Part shown: positions 1 to 9,422 of the stretch, one piece after another
Layout of the letters: the number at the start of each line of letters is the position of its first letter
Position numbering within the stretch: position 1 is the first letter of the stretch
DNA from: Euryarchaeota archaeon UBA182
GTDB lineage: Archaea > Thermoplasmatota > Poseidoniia > Poseidoniales > Thalassarchaeaceae
DNA length: 64,000 bases
Assembly (NCBI GenBank): GCA_002495675.1
Contig: DAGH01000021.1
Coordinates: forward strand, 8,318-72,317
Direction of reading: 5' to 3'
Translations under genes and position numbers: made by a program
The notes under the pieces: model-generated
Database searches by the model: none
The model's input: only the letters and a program-made list of their open reading frames with translations
What the model was told of the DNA's origin: nothing

Positions 1-3000
1 CGCTATTTTCATGGTCACTTGCACTGGGTGGGATCTTCCTCTCTTGGATTGCCGACATGCCTCTCGCTGAATCAGTTTGGTGGTCAGTAGAAGCCCAACC
101 TGCCATTTGGGGCGCATTGATCGTACTCCCTGTAGCATCAATGGCCAAAAGGTTCCATTCCCCCTTGGCGGGCATTGCTGCTGCTTGGCTCATCGCATTC
201 ATGCCGGGCCACATTACACACTCAACTTTTGGCCTCGCAGACCACGACTCATTCGCTATGTTCTTCCTGACACTTGGCTTCTATTGGTGGGTTAGGTCGA
301 TGTTGGACATCAAACAAGAGAGGCTCTTCTCAAGAACCTCGTGGAATCCGCTATACATCCTCGCGGGAATAAGGGTAATGTGGCGCAATCATCGAACAAC
401 CATGATACACTCAACCCTAGCAGGAATATCGTTCGCGACTGCTGGTCTTGCATGGAAGGGTTATGTCTACGCCCCTGGAATCCTCTTCCTTGGATATTCA
501 GGCATCGTTTTCTTGAACCTATTCAGGGGTAGGGACACCTTACCAATCACCGCTACAATGCTCCAGATGCTGTTTGCTGCGATCCTAATTCCCCTGCCAT
601 TCTACATTTGGCCGGGTATGAACCTATTGACAAACCCAAGTGGCATGGCCCCCCTCCTGTACATGCTTGGATTCACGCTTGGCCTCGGCTACGTTATTTC
701 TGCCTCTCGGGACAAGCCATGGCTCATGGTCTTTACAACTACTGCGACGTTGTCCCTCTTCGTACTTGGTGGCCTGTATATCCTTCAGACCCTTGACTTG
801 TATGCAGGATGGGACATACTGGTCACTGGTGGGTTTTACTTCTCCAAGAACAAGGTTTTCTCAACAATAGGGGAAGCTCAGGCACCCGACAGAGGAATCC
901 TGTTTGCCTCATTCGGTCCTATCGTCACCATTGCCGCTATCGGATACGGCCTCATTCTGATATGGAGGGGGGGAAGGAAGGAGAACCTAGCCTCATTTAC
1001 ATTGGGAACATGGATCGTAGTTGCATCTTACATGTCATGGACCGCAGGGCGTTTCATATTCAATGCAGGACCGCCGATGGCCGTAGTTGGCGGCGTGGGT
1101 CTAACTGCAATGTGGGCGTACGCGAACCCCGCAGAATTCGTAAAACACTGGAAGAAAACCGGAATCGGATCGCCAAGGGCCAGATTCAACAGCACATTCT
1201 CTGCGAGCAGGTCCAGACCAGGGGTTCCTGCGGCTCTTATGGTCCTCCTCATCGTCTTCTCCCAACACGCGACCTACGGCATCGACTCAGGAATACCCAG
1301 GGGAGACTCATCAGCGGGAGATGTCGATCAGGCAATTCAAGGGATCATGCCCGACGTGCTCCGATACGAAGTTCTGGGTTTTTCGGTATTGAACTCCAAC
1401 CAATACTCCCCTGACGATCGTTGCTCCAGTGGCTGCTGGTATCTGGGAACCTTCGGCCCAGGTTTCAATGGGGGGGGATGGAATATGGCATATGAGTGGC
1501 TATCCGAACAGGATGCCGAATCATCCTTCACTGAACGGCCTGCTTTCCTTTCATGGTGGGACTACGGGTTCCAAGCCTTGTCTCATGGACAGCATCCCAC
1601 CGTCGCAGACAACTTCCAATCCGGGATACCCATATCAGGAAACATCCTACTTAGTTCGGGGCAGGCGGATGTGCTCTCCCTGCTGGCAATGAACGCACTA
1701 AGAATGGGCGGTGTTTCAGATGCTGACAACAGAGCCGTCCTGGAACAATACTTCGAGGAGAACCAGATCCGGGAGCTGGAGCGAATTCACAGTATGTCCT
1801 CCGAAGACGTCGAGGCTCGTGCACTTGCTTTGGTTCACGAGGATGATGAGGTACAACTGGTCAAGGGAGCTTTCCTAGCCAAATCAGGTTTGCCATCGAA
1901 GTATGGCTGGTACGTCATCGATGGAGGGGAGATAGTTCAAGACCGCATTGACGACTCTAGTGAGGCGATGAAGCTTTACAACACAACCAGATCATCCTCC
2001 AGCTACTTCTCTGAGAGCCCCACGCACTATATCATTGGCGAGTACAGATACACTTCAGACCTCATAGAGGACTACAATGACCTATCCACGGGAATCCACA
2101 GGAACAACGCCAAGTTGGCAGTTGGCCGAGCATTCATAACCCATGTTTTGGATCTCGATCAAATCGTAGGTTTGGTCTCCGATCTCAGTGAGATACAACA
2201 TGATGTACAAACCTTTGAGGGAAGATTGGGGGAAACAGCCCAAAGGAACTCTGATGTCAGATATTTCGCAATTGACGACAGACTCTACCCCTTGGGCGGG
2301 TTGTTTTACGAGGGCTACAATTATCACGGCGGCCAAACCACTGGTATTTTCTACGCTCCAACGACACTGGCGGGCCTTGATCCAGAAGACTACATCTCCA
2401 GCAGTTACCTCACCAGAAGGGGGGATGGCCCCATAATCCCAAGAACAGCTGGCGAATATGAGCAAGAATATCTGGATGACATAGTCCGGCAACAATCAGG
2501 CGCCATAACAGATCAAAGCCAGATAATTAGCCTTGAAGACATCGACTACATCCAGCAACCCGAATTCTTCGAAACTTTCCTGGCCAGAATATACGTAGGG
2601 TATGGCACTACGTCTCTGGGATTAGACCCCGATAACACCGGACAACCTGGGCCCACATGGGCTAAATCCGGAACGCCCACGACCCCCCTAAGGAACGCTT
2701 ATGCCCTCCCGGGCGCCATGATGAACCACTTTGTTCTTGCAAATTACCACGACGACGGATCCGACTACACGGACTCGGACTCCGATGGTACACCTGACAT
2801 ATACAATTGGAGCGACCCGAGCGAAGAACCAAGCGGCTACTACAACGCCATAGGCATCGCCAACTCCAATGTTAAGATACTCAAGTACTACAGTGGTGCA
2901 ACATTGAATGGGCAAGTGACGCTAGAAACTGGTGAACCCGTCCCCAATGCTAAGATTCTGATTGAGAGAGACGCCTTCAGTTATGAAGAAGGTACCGACA

Positions 3001-6000
3001 CAGACCCAAGGACCTACTGGATACCCATTGGCTCAGAAACAACCGATGATGAAGGTCACTTCACCTCTACGATTCCCTCTGGGAAAATACGAGTCAGCGC
3101 CTTCTACGGAGCAGTGGATGAAACAGGGCCAAGATCCCAAATCGAATCGGGTGCTTTTGACATGCTTTCCGACATAACCAGAGAGCAGCTTGATGGGGAA
3201 GATCGCACCATCAATCCCATCACAGCTATTTTGGGTGGAGTAGCTGGAACAACATACCTCGGAGCCGAGGTCTTGATGGTAACAGGAGAGGAAGGACACA
3301 GTAACGGGGCCTCAGTACTGACAGTCGACGTCAGGGTACCTGCAGTCACCTCGACGGGGCAGGTCCAATGGACTGGTGACGAATCCTTTTCTGGCAACCC
3401 AATACAGGATGCCACAGTAATTCTTACACCATCAGATCCTGATGCCACCCACCAAGGATATGCAGTCCCAACGTCTTCGGGCTCAATAGAGGGTCAGGGC
3501 CTTTACTTCGCAGGCGAGGGTACCGCAATCTTCGACGGCTCAGGCCAATTTGACTCATCGAGCCCGGCCAAAGCAGAGGAATTCACAGGAAGGTTGAGTC
3601 AGACTATTAGAAACAACCAGTCAGTCATCGGCACTGGAACTTTCGTTGGAAACGGGATACTCACAGGCACACTCTCTGATGGCTCCCTGCCATCAACTTG
3701 TGACGCCAATGACACAATGCCAGACAACATGGAAGTCTGCACGTCTCAGAACGGAGAGATAATTGTCTCTGGTTCAGTCAATGCAACGGGAAGATTCGTA
3801 TCAGCAGGCCAATCGGAATTTATCCGAGACTATGAGAATGCGTCTTTCACTGCCGCAGGCAGATTCGTGGTAGAGGAAGGTAACTCTGGGACCATAACAG
3901 GCGACGGAGTATTCCAAGGCGACGGAGTATTCAGCGGGCTAATGGTTAGGGAGGGTACTTTCCATATCTCCAATGCCATACCTGGGGAATACAGCGTACG
4001 AATCGTGATGGATACCGGTCAGGAAATTCAGGTTGATGAGAAATTCCAAATTCTCAGAACCCCCTCAGCAGAAACAAGACTCGTGCAAGTGGAGGGCCTA
4101 TCCGTCAACGCCCTCCTGTCGCAGGAGGATGGATCTCAAACCACGGGGAATGTGATACTAACGGACACCGAATTGCAAGGAGACTCTGCGGCACAGCCAT
4201 GTTCTGACAGACTGACATCTCCATGTTCAATACCCATCGGGGAGGGTGGAGCAATCTCAATCGGACCAATACCAGCCAGATCGCACACGATATCTTATGA
4301 CTCTGATTTGGATGGCTTCTACGACCTAGTAGCAAGCGTGTTGCCAGAGGATGCCACTACAGGATCCATAGATCTAGATCTCATTGTCCCGTTGACTTCG
4401 GACCTTGAGATCACCCTATTGTCTGAGTCGGGTGTTATTGTTCCTGACCTAGACCTGACGATCAGAGGCGCAACAGGACTAGGGATCTACGAGATGAACT
4501 ACGATTCTGAGACGGAGACCTACAAAGCGGAGTTGATACCTGGTGAATATCATCTGAACTACACCTATGGAGACACACAGATCTGGGAGTTGATAACCCT
4601 CGACGAGGACCTATCCATGACCGCCCAGTTCAGGACAAGCTCTCTACTTACTGGAACCGTCTACACATCAGATGATGACAGTACCCCGGAGCCGGATGAC
4701 TACGTCCAATTTGCCGAAGTTGTGGCCAGATGGTCCGGCTTCGAGATTTCTACGGTTGCAGATGGCGAGGGGAATTTTGAGTTCACACTTCCGGTGGGCG
4801 AGAATGTCACACTCACATCTACCGTCGGATTGGGTAATCTTGTCGATGGGTTGGTCGTGTTTACATCCGAGGAAAACGGCCCAATCGATCTAGTCACGAG
4901 AAAAGGAGTTGTCTACGAGGGCTTTGTTTCAGTTAACCGCGGTGACTACCTGTACGACAGTTCCATCGTGGGGTGGGAGCCACTGAGAGTTATCGCAACC
5001 AACACAACATCTGATGTAACCTGGACCTCTGATGTAAATGAAGTCGGCAACTTCGAGATTGCCCTTCCAAGCGGGGAATGGGATATCTCATTGTTGGAAA
5101 GTGCCTTTGAACACACCACAACAACAACCGAACCAGACACTACGATCGAATTAACCATATTCCCCGACAACAGCACGCTGAATCTATTCGCATTCATCGA
5201 CTCTTCCAGGGACGGTAATGCCACGAACGGCACAGGGGTTATTGCCGATTTCAGAGTCGTGCCCCTAGGTCAAAGTGGAATCCAAGAGAACTTTACCACT
5301 CTGGCCACAGGAATCGCCAGTGTGCAACTCGAGCCAGGAAATTACTTGATCGAAACCAGCATACTCAACCCTGGTGAGACACTTCATGGGACTAGGATCC
5401 TCACGGGTTCCACTAACATTCAGATCCCTCTTGAGGCAACAACGTTGCACAGAGATATTGGATTCGACCCTGAGGGCGTCGTGAATATTACATTCATAGA
5501 TCAACTACTTGCCCCGGTTGCCGATCTGGAGGTTAAGTTCAGAAATGTTGACCGAGAGCCTGTAATCGTCACATCTCTATCAACCGATGACGACGGCAAC
5601 ATACTCGCATTACTGCCCGAGGGGAGAACTATAATCGAGATAGATGGTTATGAGCCAGGTGATGAAACTGTCTTAGGCGCGAGGTCGACAATTGACGTGA
5701 TCGCTGGCGACCAATCATCACCGATAATGGTTGAACTAACGGAGATGGCCACGTTGAATCTCACAATTTCGGACTCTGAAACCTCTGACGGAATCCCAGA
5801 CCAGAAAATTATCCTACAATCGTTGGATGGGCTTGGAACAATCAAGATGCCCGCAACAAGTGAAACTGGATTCACATCGACATTGCTCGTACCCGGTAAT
5901 TGGAGCGTAAGCCATGACGCGGAGACCAGCGGTGTTAGAATTCTGGTTCAAGAAACCCACATAGACCGAATTCTAGCAGGTGAACATCGAGATGTCCTCC

Positions 6001-8120
6001 TAGATGCTCGCAAGGAAGTCACACTCTCCGGAAAGGTCTTCTGGGATTTCGACAAAGATGACCAGGCTGATGTTGCAGAGGGCGTTTCCAATGCTAGTGT
6101 GACACTTGAATACGGCCAAACCGTTATCGAGCTGAAAACCGATGAAACAGGAACATACTCCACCTTGGTCCCATCGAATACTTCCCTGAGCATCACAGTT
6201 TCCAAGGATGGATTTGCGACCATGCAGGACAACTCTTCAATCCATGGAGAGCCAATTGACCTAGACATCGAGCTAACTGCAGGCACAGTCACAGCCTCGG
6301 GCACTGTAACATACCTAGGCCAATCGATAGATTCTCTGTGGTCTGATGATGTCGAAATTCTCCTAGTCCCCAGAGAGGGCTTTGCTATGCCACAAGTAAC
6401 CGCCGAAAAGGGTGGGGACAGTGAATGGGACGGAACTTGGACTGTTGACCTTGAACCTGGAAGATATGTGCTTCAGGTTCGAGACACAACCAGGAACTTA
6501 GTTGCCTTTACCCAAATATTCGCCGATCTAGTGAATGGCGGACAAGCTGACGTAGATCTTGTGCCAGGGGGTTGGCTCCTGATGAATGGTTCATGGCTCG
6601 ACTACGAGGGTACCCTGCATTCAATCTCAACAGAAGACAGGGACATAGAGGGATCAGACATTATAGATGAGGAATTAACACTCCTGATAGAATCCGGGCC
6701 GTCATTGGATTGGAGACTCGCGGTACCCAATGACGGGGACCTTAGAATCCTCTTACCATCTGGGCCACTAACGATCTCTGGAGACTTCGCAGTAGAACAA
6801 CAGGACAGGACAATGACATACGAGGCAGGCCAGTCCATTAGTATCCCATCGTCAACGATTTCAGACGCGTTTGAGACCGCGCCGTTAGACCTCAGGTTCA
6901 ACAGAATATCCAACAGCGAAATCTCAGCATTATTGGCCTCCACATCATCTGCCACTGTTAACGAGGACGGCATCCTGTTCGCCAATAGCGACGGAGAGGG
7001 CGGCTACGACCCCATGTTCTTGGATATCGAAGTTGACTATGAAGGACATGAGACATCCGATGTGTTCAATCTAAGGGCTACAGTCCCGGGAACTGATGGA
7101 TCTGATTGGACTGTTTTGTTTGACAATGGATCAGGGGAATATTCAGTCTCACCGACACTCTTGATGTCCATCGAAGACGATCAAAAGACGGTCAAAGTGC
7201 AGATAACACCTCCCAATTCTACAGTGGCACGCCATTTCTCAAATGGAAGAACCGTGACAGTCCAGATATTCTCAGACAATGGCGTCAATGAAGATGTTGA
7301 GGTGAAAGTCAACGTCCCAAAAACAACTGGTTGGAGCCTCGCACAGGCCCCTGATGACATCTACGCTGTCAGGCCTGGTTCTCAGGAGACCATCCAACTC
7401 ACTTTCCAAAATGACGGCAACTCGGATGAGGTCTACTCAGTCTCATTCGATGACGATGCATTGCCCCCGGGTTGGACGAGAACTGGGGCCCAATCCGTGA
7501 CCATTGGAGCATTTGAGAGTCAAGCATTCTCAGTCATTCTTGGTGCACCGGAGAACGCGACTGTTGATCCATACAAACTCACCATGTACGTAATAGGCAA
7601 TGACCAAACGGAATACGACCCCGTGGAAATTGACGTATCCGCCCAGTATGCCATCCTGTCCATTGACAGGGATAGTGTCTCATGGTTAGGTGGTGGTAAG
7701 GATCCCGTTTACGGATCAGTCCAGACGGTAGTTCTAACGATCGAAAATCAAGGTCTCGTCGGGGCAGAGGAAGTAATCGTTAGGGCGGACCACCAGACAT
7801 CCGCACTATCAGACCCCTCTGGCATCAACGCCAGCGCTGTTCTTTCAGTACCTGCGGGAATGGAAGGCACGGCTTATTTGGATCTAAATTTCACCACCCT
7901 GACACAAGGTGATGCTTGGATAGTATTCTCCATTGAGTCAGTAGATGGAAAAGAGTCTTCAGAGGAGCCATACACCAAAAAATACAATCTACAGTCTCCA
8001 AGCGTCGAAGAGGCAGGGGATGCGACTCAGGTATTGATGATAGTACTCATTATCATACTCGGGGGCCTGTTGATCGTCCTTACAAGAAGGCCAGGTAGGA
8101 AACCCAAAGCTCCTTTCTAA
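1..8120 (+). CDS. aglB: Oligosaccharyltransferase AglB/STT3 catalytic module fused to a ~1,800-aa array of Ig-like/carboxypeptidase-regulatory-like beta-sandwich and CARDB-like domains, ending in a TM anchor (5' end probably outside the window)
   Basis: ORF track gives 57..8120 (2687 aa). The same frame has no stop back to nt 3, so the N-terminus is likely cut by the window edge. The first ~450 aa are multi-pass hydrophobic, with a GLADHDSF acidic loop. The hallmark STT3/AglB WWDYG motif is present (LSWWDYGFQ, nt 1554-1568), followed by TVADNFQSG. From about aa 950 there are repeated units of the form G.V...G.P..nA.V......TD..G.F....P.G.Y (e.g. NAKILIERD...TDDEGHFTSTIPSGKIRVSA; GKVFWDFD...TDETGTYSTLVPSNTSLSITV). 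The C-terminus has CARDB-like segments and then VLMIVLIIILGGLLIVL plus a basic RRPGRKPK tail. Confidence 0.8.
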   Translation, partial: LFSWSLALGGIFLSWIADMPLAESVWWSVEAQPAIWGALIVLPVASMAKRFHSPLAGIAAAWLIAFMPGHITHSTFGLADHDSFAMFFLTLGFYWWVRSMLDIKQERLFSRTSWNPLYILAGIRVMWRNHRTTMIHSTLAGISFATAGLAWKGYVYAPGILFLGYSGIVFLNLFRGRDTLPITATMLQMLFAAILIPLPFYIWPGMNLLTNPSGMAPLLYMLGFTLGLGYVISASRDKPWLMVFTTTATLSLFVLGGLYILQTLDLYAGWDILVTGGFYFSKNKVFSTIGEAQAPDRGILFASFGPIVTIAAIGYGLILIWRGGRKENLASFTLGTWIVVASYMSWTAGRFIFNAGPPMAVVGGVGLTAMWAYANPAEFVKHWKKTGIGSPRARFNSTFSASRSRPGVPAALMVLLIVFSQHATYGIDSGIPRGDSSAGDVDQAIQGIMPDVLRYEVLGFSVLNSNQYSPDDRCSSGCWYLGTFGPGFNGGGWNMAYEWLSEQDAESSFTERPAFLSWWDYGFQALSHGQHPTVADNFQSGIPISGNILLSSGQADVLSLLAMNALRMGGVSDADNRAVLEQYFEENQIRELERIHSMSSEDVEARALALVHEDDEVQLVKGAFLAKSGLPSKYGWYVIDGGEIVQDRIDDSSEAMKLYNTTRSSSSYFSESPTHYIIGEYRYTSDLIEDYNDLSTGIHRNNAKLAVGRAFITHVLDLDQIVGLVSDLSEIQHDVQTFEGRLGETAQRNSDVRYFAIDDRLYPLGGLFYEGYNYHGGQTTGIFYAPTTLAGLDPEDYISSSYLTRRGDGPIIPRTAGEYEQEYLDDIVRQQSGAITDQSQIISLEDIDYIQQPEFFETFLARIYVGYGTTSLGLDPDNTGQPGPTWAKSGTPTTPLRNAYALPGAMMNHFVLANYHDDGSDYTDSDSDGTPDIYNWSDPSEEPSGYYNAIGIANSNVKILKYYSGATLNGQVTLETGEPVPNAKILIERDAFSYEEGTDTDPRTYWIPIGSETTDDEGHFTSTIPSGKIRVSAFYGAVDETGPRSQIESGAFDMLSDITREQLDGEDRTINPITAILGGVAGTTYLGAEVLMVTGEEGHSNGASVLTVDVRVPAVTSTGQVQWTGDESFSGNPIQDATVILTPSDPDATHQGYAVPTSSGSIEGQGLYFAGEGTAIFDGSGQFDSSSPAKAEEFTGRLSQTIRNNQSVIGTGTFVGNGILTGTLSDGSLPSTCDANDTMPDNMEVCTSQNGEIIVSGSVNATGRFVSAGQSEFIRDYENASFTAAGRFVVEEGNSGTITGDGVFQGDGVFSGLMVREGTFHISNAIPGEYSVRIVMDTGQEIQVDEKFQILRTPSAETRLVQVEGLSVNALLSQEDGSQTTGNVILTDTELQGDSAAQPCSDRLTSPCSIPIGEGGAISIGPIPARSHTISYDSDLDGFYDLVASVLPEDATTGSIDLDLIVPLTSDLEITLLSESGVIVPDLDLTIRGATGLGIYEMNYDSETETYKAELIPGEYHLNYTYGDTQIWELITLDEDLSMTAQFRTSSLLTGTVYTSDDDSTPEPDDYVQFAEVVARWSGFEISTVADGEGNFEFTLPVGENVTLTSTVGLGNLVDGLVVFTSEENGPIDLVTRKGVVYEGFVSVNRGDYLYDSSIVGWEPLRVIATNTTSDVTWTSDVNEVGNFEIALPSGEWDISLLESAFEHTTTTTEPDTTIELTIFPDNSTLNLFAFIDSSRDGNATNGTGVIADFRVVPLGQSGIQENFTTLATGIASVQLEPGNYLIETSILNPGETLHGTRILTGSTNIQIPLEATTLHRDIGFDPEGVVNITFIDQLLAPVADLEVKFRNVDREPVIVTSLSTDDDGNILALLPEGRTIIEIDGYEPGDETVLGARSTIDVIAGDQSSPIMVELTEMATLNLTISDSETSDGIPDQKIILQSLDGLGTIKMPATSETGFTSTLLVPGNWSVSHDAETSGVRILVQETHIDRILAGEHRDVLLDARKEVTLSGKVFWDFDKDDQADVAEGVSNASVTLEYGQTVIELKTDETGTYSTLVPSNTSLSITVSKDGFATMQDNSSIHGEPIDLDIELTAGTVTASGTVTYLGQSIDSLWSDDVEILLVPREGFAMPQVTAEKGGDSEWDGTWTVDLEPGRYVLQVRDTTRNLVAFTQIFADLVNGGQADVDLVPGGWLLMNGSWLDYEGTLHSISTEDRDIEGSDIIDEELTLLIESGPSLDWRLAVPNDGDLRILLPSGPLTISGDFAVEQQDRTMTYEAGQSISIPSSTISDAFETAPLDLRFNRISNSEISALLASTSSATVNEDGILFANSDGEGGYDPMFLDIEVDYEGHETSDVFNLRATVPGTDGSDWTVLFDNGSGEYSVSPTLLMSIEDDQKTVKVQITPPNSTVARHFSNGRTVTVQIFSDNGVNEDVEVKVNVPKTTGWSLAQAPDDIYAVRPGSQETIQLTFQNDGNSDEVYSVSFDDDALPPGWTRTGAQSVTIGAFESQAFSVILGAPENATVDPYKLTMYVIGNDQTEYDPVEIDVSAQYAILSIDRDSVSWLGGGKDPVYGSVQTVVLTIENQGLVGAEEVIVRADHQTSALSDPSGINASAVLSVPAGMEGTAYLDLNFTTLTQGDAWIVFSIESVDGKESSEEPYTKKYNLQSPSVEEAGDATQVLMIVLIIILGGLLIVLTRRPGRKPKAPF

Positions 8121-8140
8121 CCGAGAATGGGTGACTAACA

Positions 8141-9373
8141 ATGCCCAAAGACGGCGTAGAGTTAATGCCTGAGCCCGAGGATAGGGCGATTCTCACCGCG
8201 GTCGACAGGGGTGCCGAGGGATACACTGGGGAAGATTACGGGCTTTCCGACAAAGAAGCGAGAGACCTGAGAAGGCCAATGTACACCATGGTACCATTCG
8301 TATGGCCATACGGAGCAGTCGGTGGAGCTGCCAGCATCGTCGTAATGATGTTGCTATGGCCGATGATTCAGCCACTCATCACGCCATACCTCCCCGCCTC
8401 CGAGTGGGCCTACGAGTCATCTGGTGTGCGACTGCTCGGCGACGAAGGTCTAGATGGCAGTGGGGTTAAGGTCTGCATTGTCGATACAGGTATAGATCCC
8501 TTTCACCCTGATTTTAGAAACATGAACTTAGATGGATTCAGGGACTTCTACGCCTTTCAGCATGAGGAGGTGAGGGATGTAAGCCAATCCCACCATGGGA
8601 CTTCAATGGCAGGTCTGCTTATCGCTAATGGCTCAGGACCCTTGCAAGGAATGGCTCCTAAGGTGACACTCAGCGTGGCCGTCGGATTGGGCCCTGAGGG
8701 AACTACCGGAAACAGCGTCAGGGTCGCTGATGCGATACAATGGTGTAGGATTTCTCAGCGATCCGATATAATCAGCCTATCACTAGGTGGGCCATTCGAA
8801 GCCTCATCCCAACAAGCCTCTAGGTCTGTCTCAGGTGCTGTTCAAGATGCCTTGGATAGTGGGATTTTTGTTGTAGCGGCGGCGGGGAATGCGGGACCAA
8901 ATAATATTGATGTCTCGACACCCGCAAATGTGGAAGGCGTCATAAGCGTCGGTGCATATGATAGGTTCCTTACGCCTTGGTCAAACAGTTCGATCGGCTC
9001 AAACTTAGATCCCTATAACCAGTTGGACAGAGTCTGGCCAAATCAGAAACCCGAGATACTTGCACCAGGCTCGTATATCCTCTCCACCGTATCCAGCCAG
9101 AAATCCCCCCCATATGCATATTCAACTGGTACAAGCGACGCAGCAATCTTCGTCACTGCAACATTGGCATTGATTTTGCAGGATCTGACTGAAAAGGGCC
9201 TCATAGACCTCACGATTGAGGGGGATGATCGTATATTCCATGTCAAGAAGGCCCTTGCGGAGAGTGCCCGACCAATTAAAAACCAGATGGGGCATGATAT
9301 TCGATCGGGGTATGGCATGCTAGATGCAGTGGCATGGCGGGACGCAGTGGAGGCCTCTGCTTACAATTGGTGA
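8141..9373 (+). CDS. Membrane-anchored subtilisin-like serine protease (peptidase family S8)
   Basis: 410 aa. Catalytic motifs occur in the canonical D-H-S order: VCIVDTGID, SHHGTSMAGL, STGTSDAA. There is one N-terminal TM helix (GAVGGAASIVVMMLLWPMI). A Shine-Dalgarno-like GGGTGA lies at 8129-8134, and the start is only 20 nt after the aglB-fusion stop. Confidence 0.9.
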   Translation: MPKDGVELMPEPEDRAILTAVDRGAEGYTGEDYGLSDKEARDLRRPMYTMVPFVWPYGAVGGAASIVVMMLLWPMIQPLITPYLPASEWAYESSGVRLLGDEGLDGSGVKVCIVDTGIDPFHPDFRNMNLDGFRDFYAFQHEEVRDVSQSHHGTSMAGLLIANGSGPLQGMAPKVTLSVAVGLGPEGTTGNSVRVADAIQWCRISQRSDIISLSLGGPFEASSQQASRSVSGAVQDALDSGIFVVAAAGNAGPNNIDVSTPANVEGVISVGAYDRFLTPWSNSSIGSNLDPYNQLDRVWPNQKPEILAPGSYILSTVSSQKSPPYAYSTGTSDAAIFVTATLALILQDLTEKGLIDLTIEGDDRIFHVKKALAESARPIKNQMGHDIRSGYGMLDAVAWRDAVEASAYNW

Positions 9374-9422
9374 CGCCCATATTCCGCCTAGGGTTATATC
9401 TATTGACGGCCCCAGTAGAACC

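Noticed and set aside
9324-9422. N-terminal 33 codons of track ORF 9324..13670, which overlap the end of the S8 protease gene
   Set aside because: The downstream ATG at 9423 is followed immediately by a textbook signal peptide and removes the 50-nt overlap. The upstream extension has no hydrophobic or conserved character.
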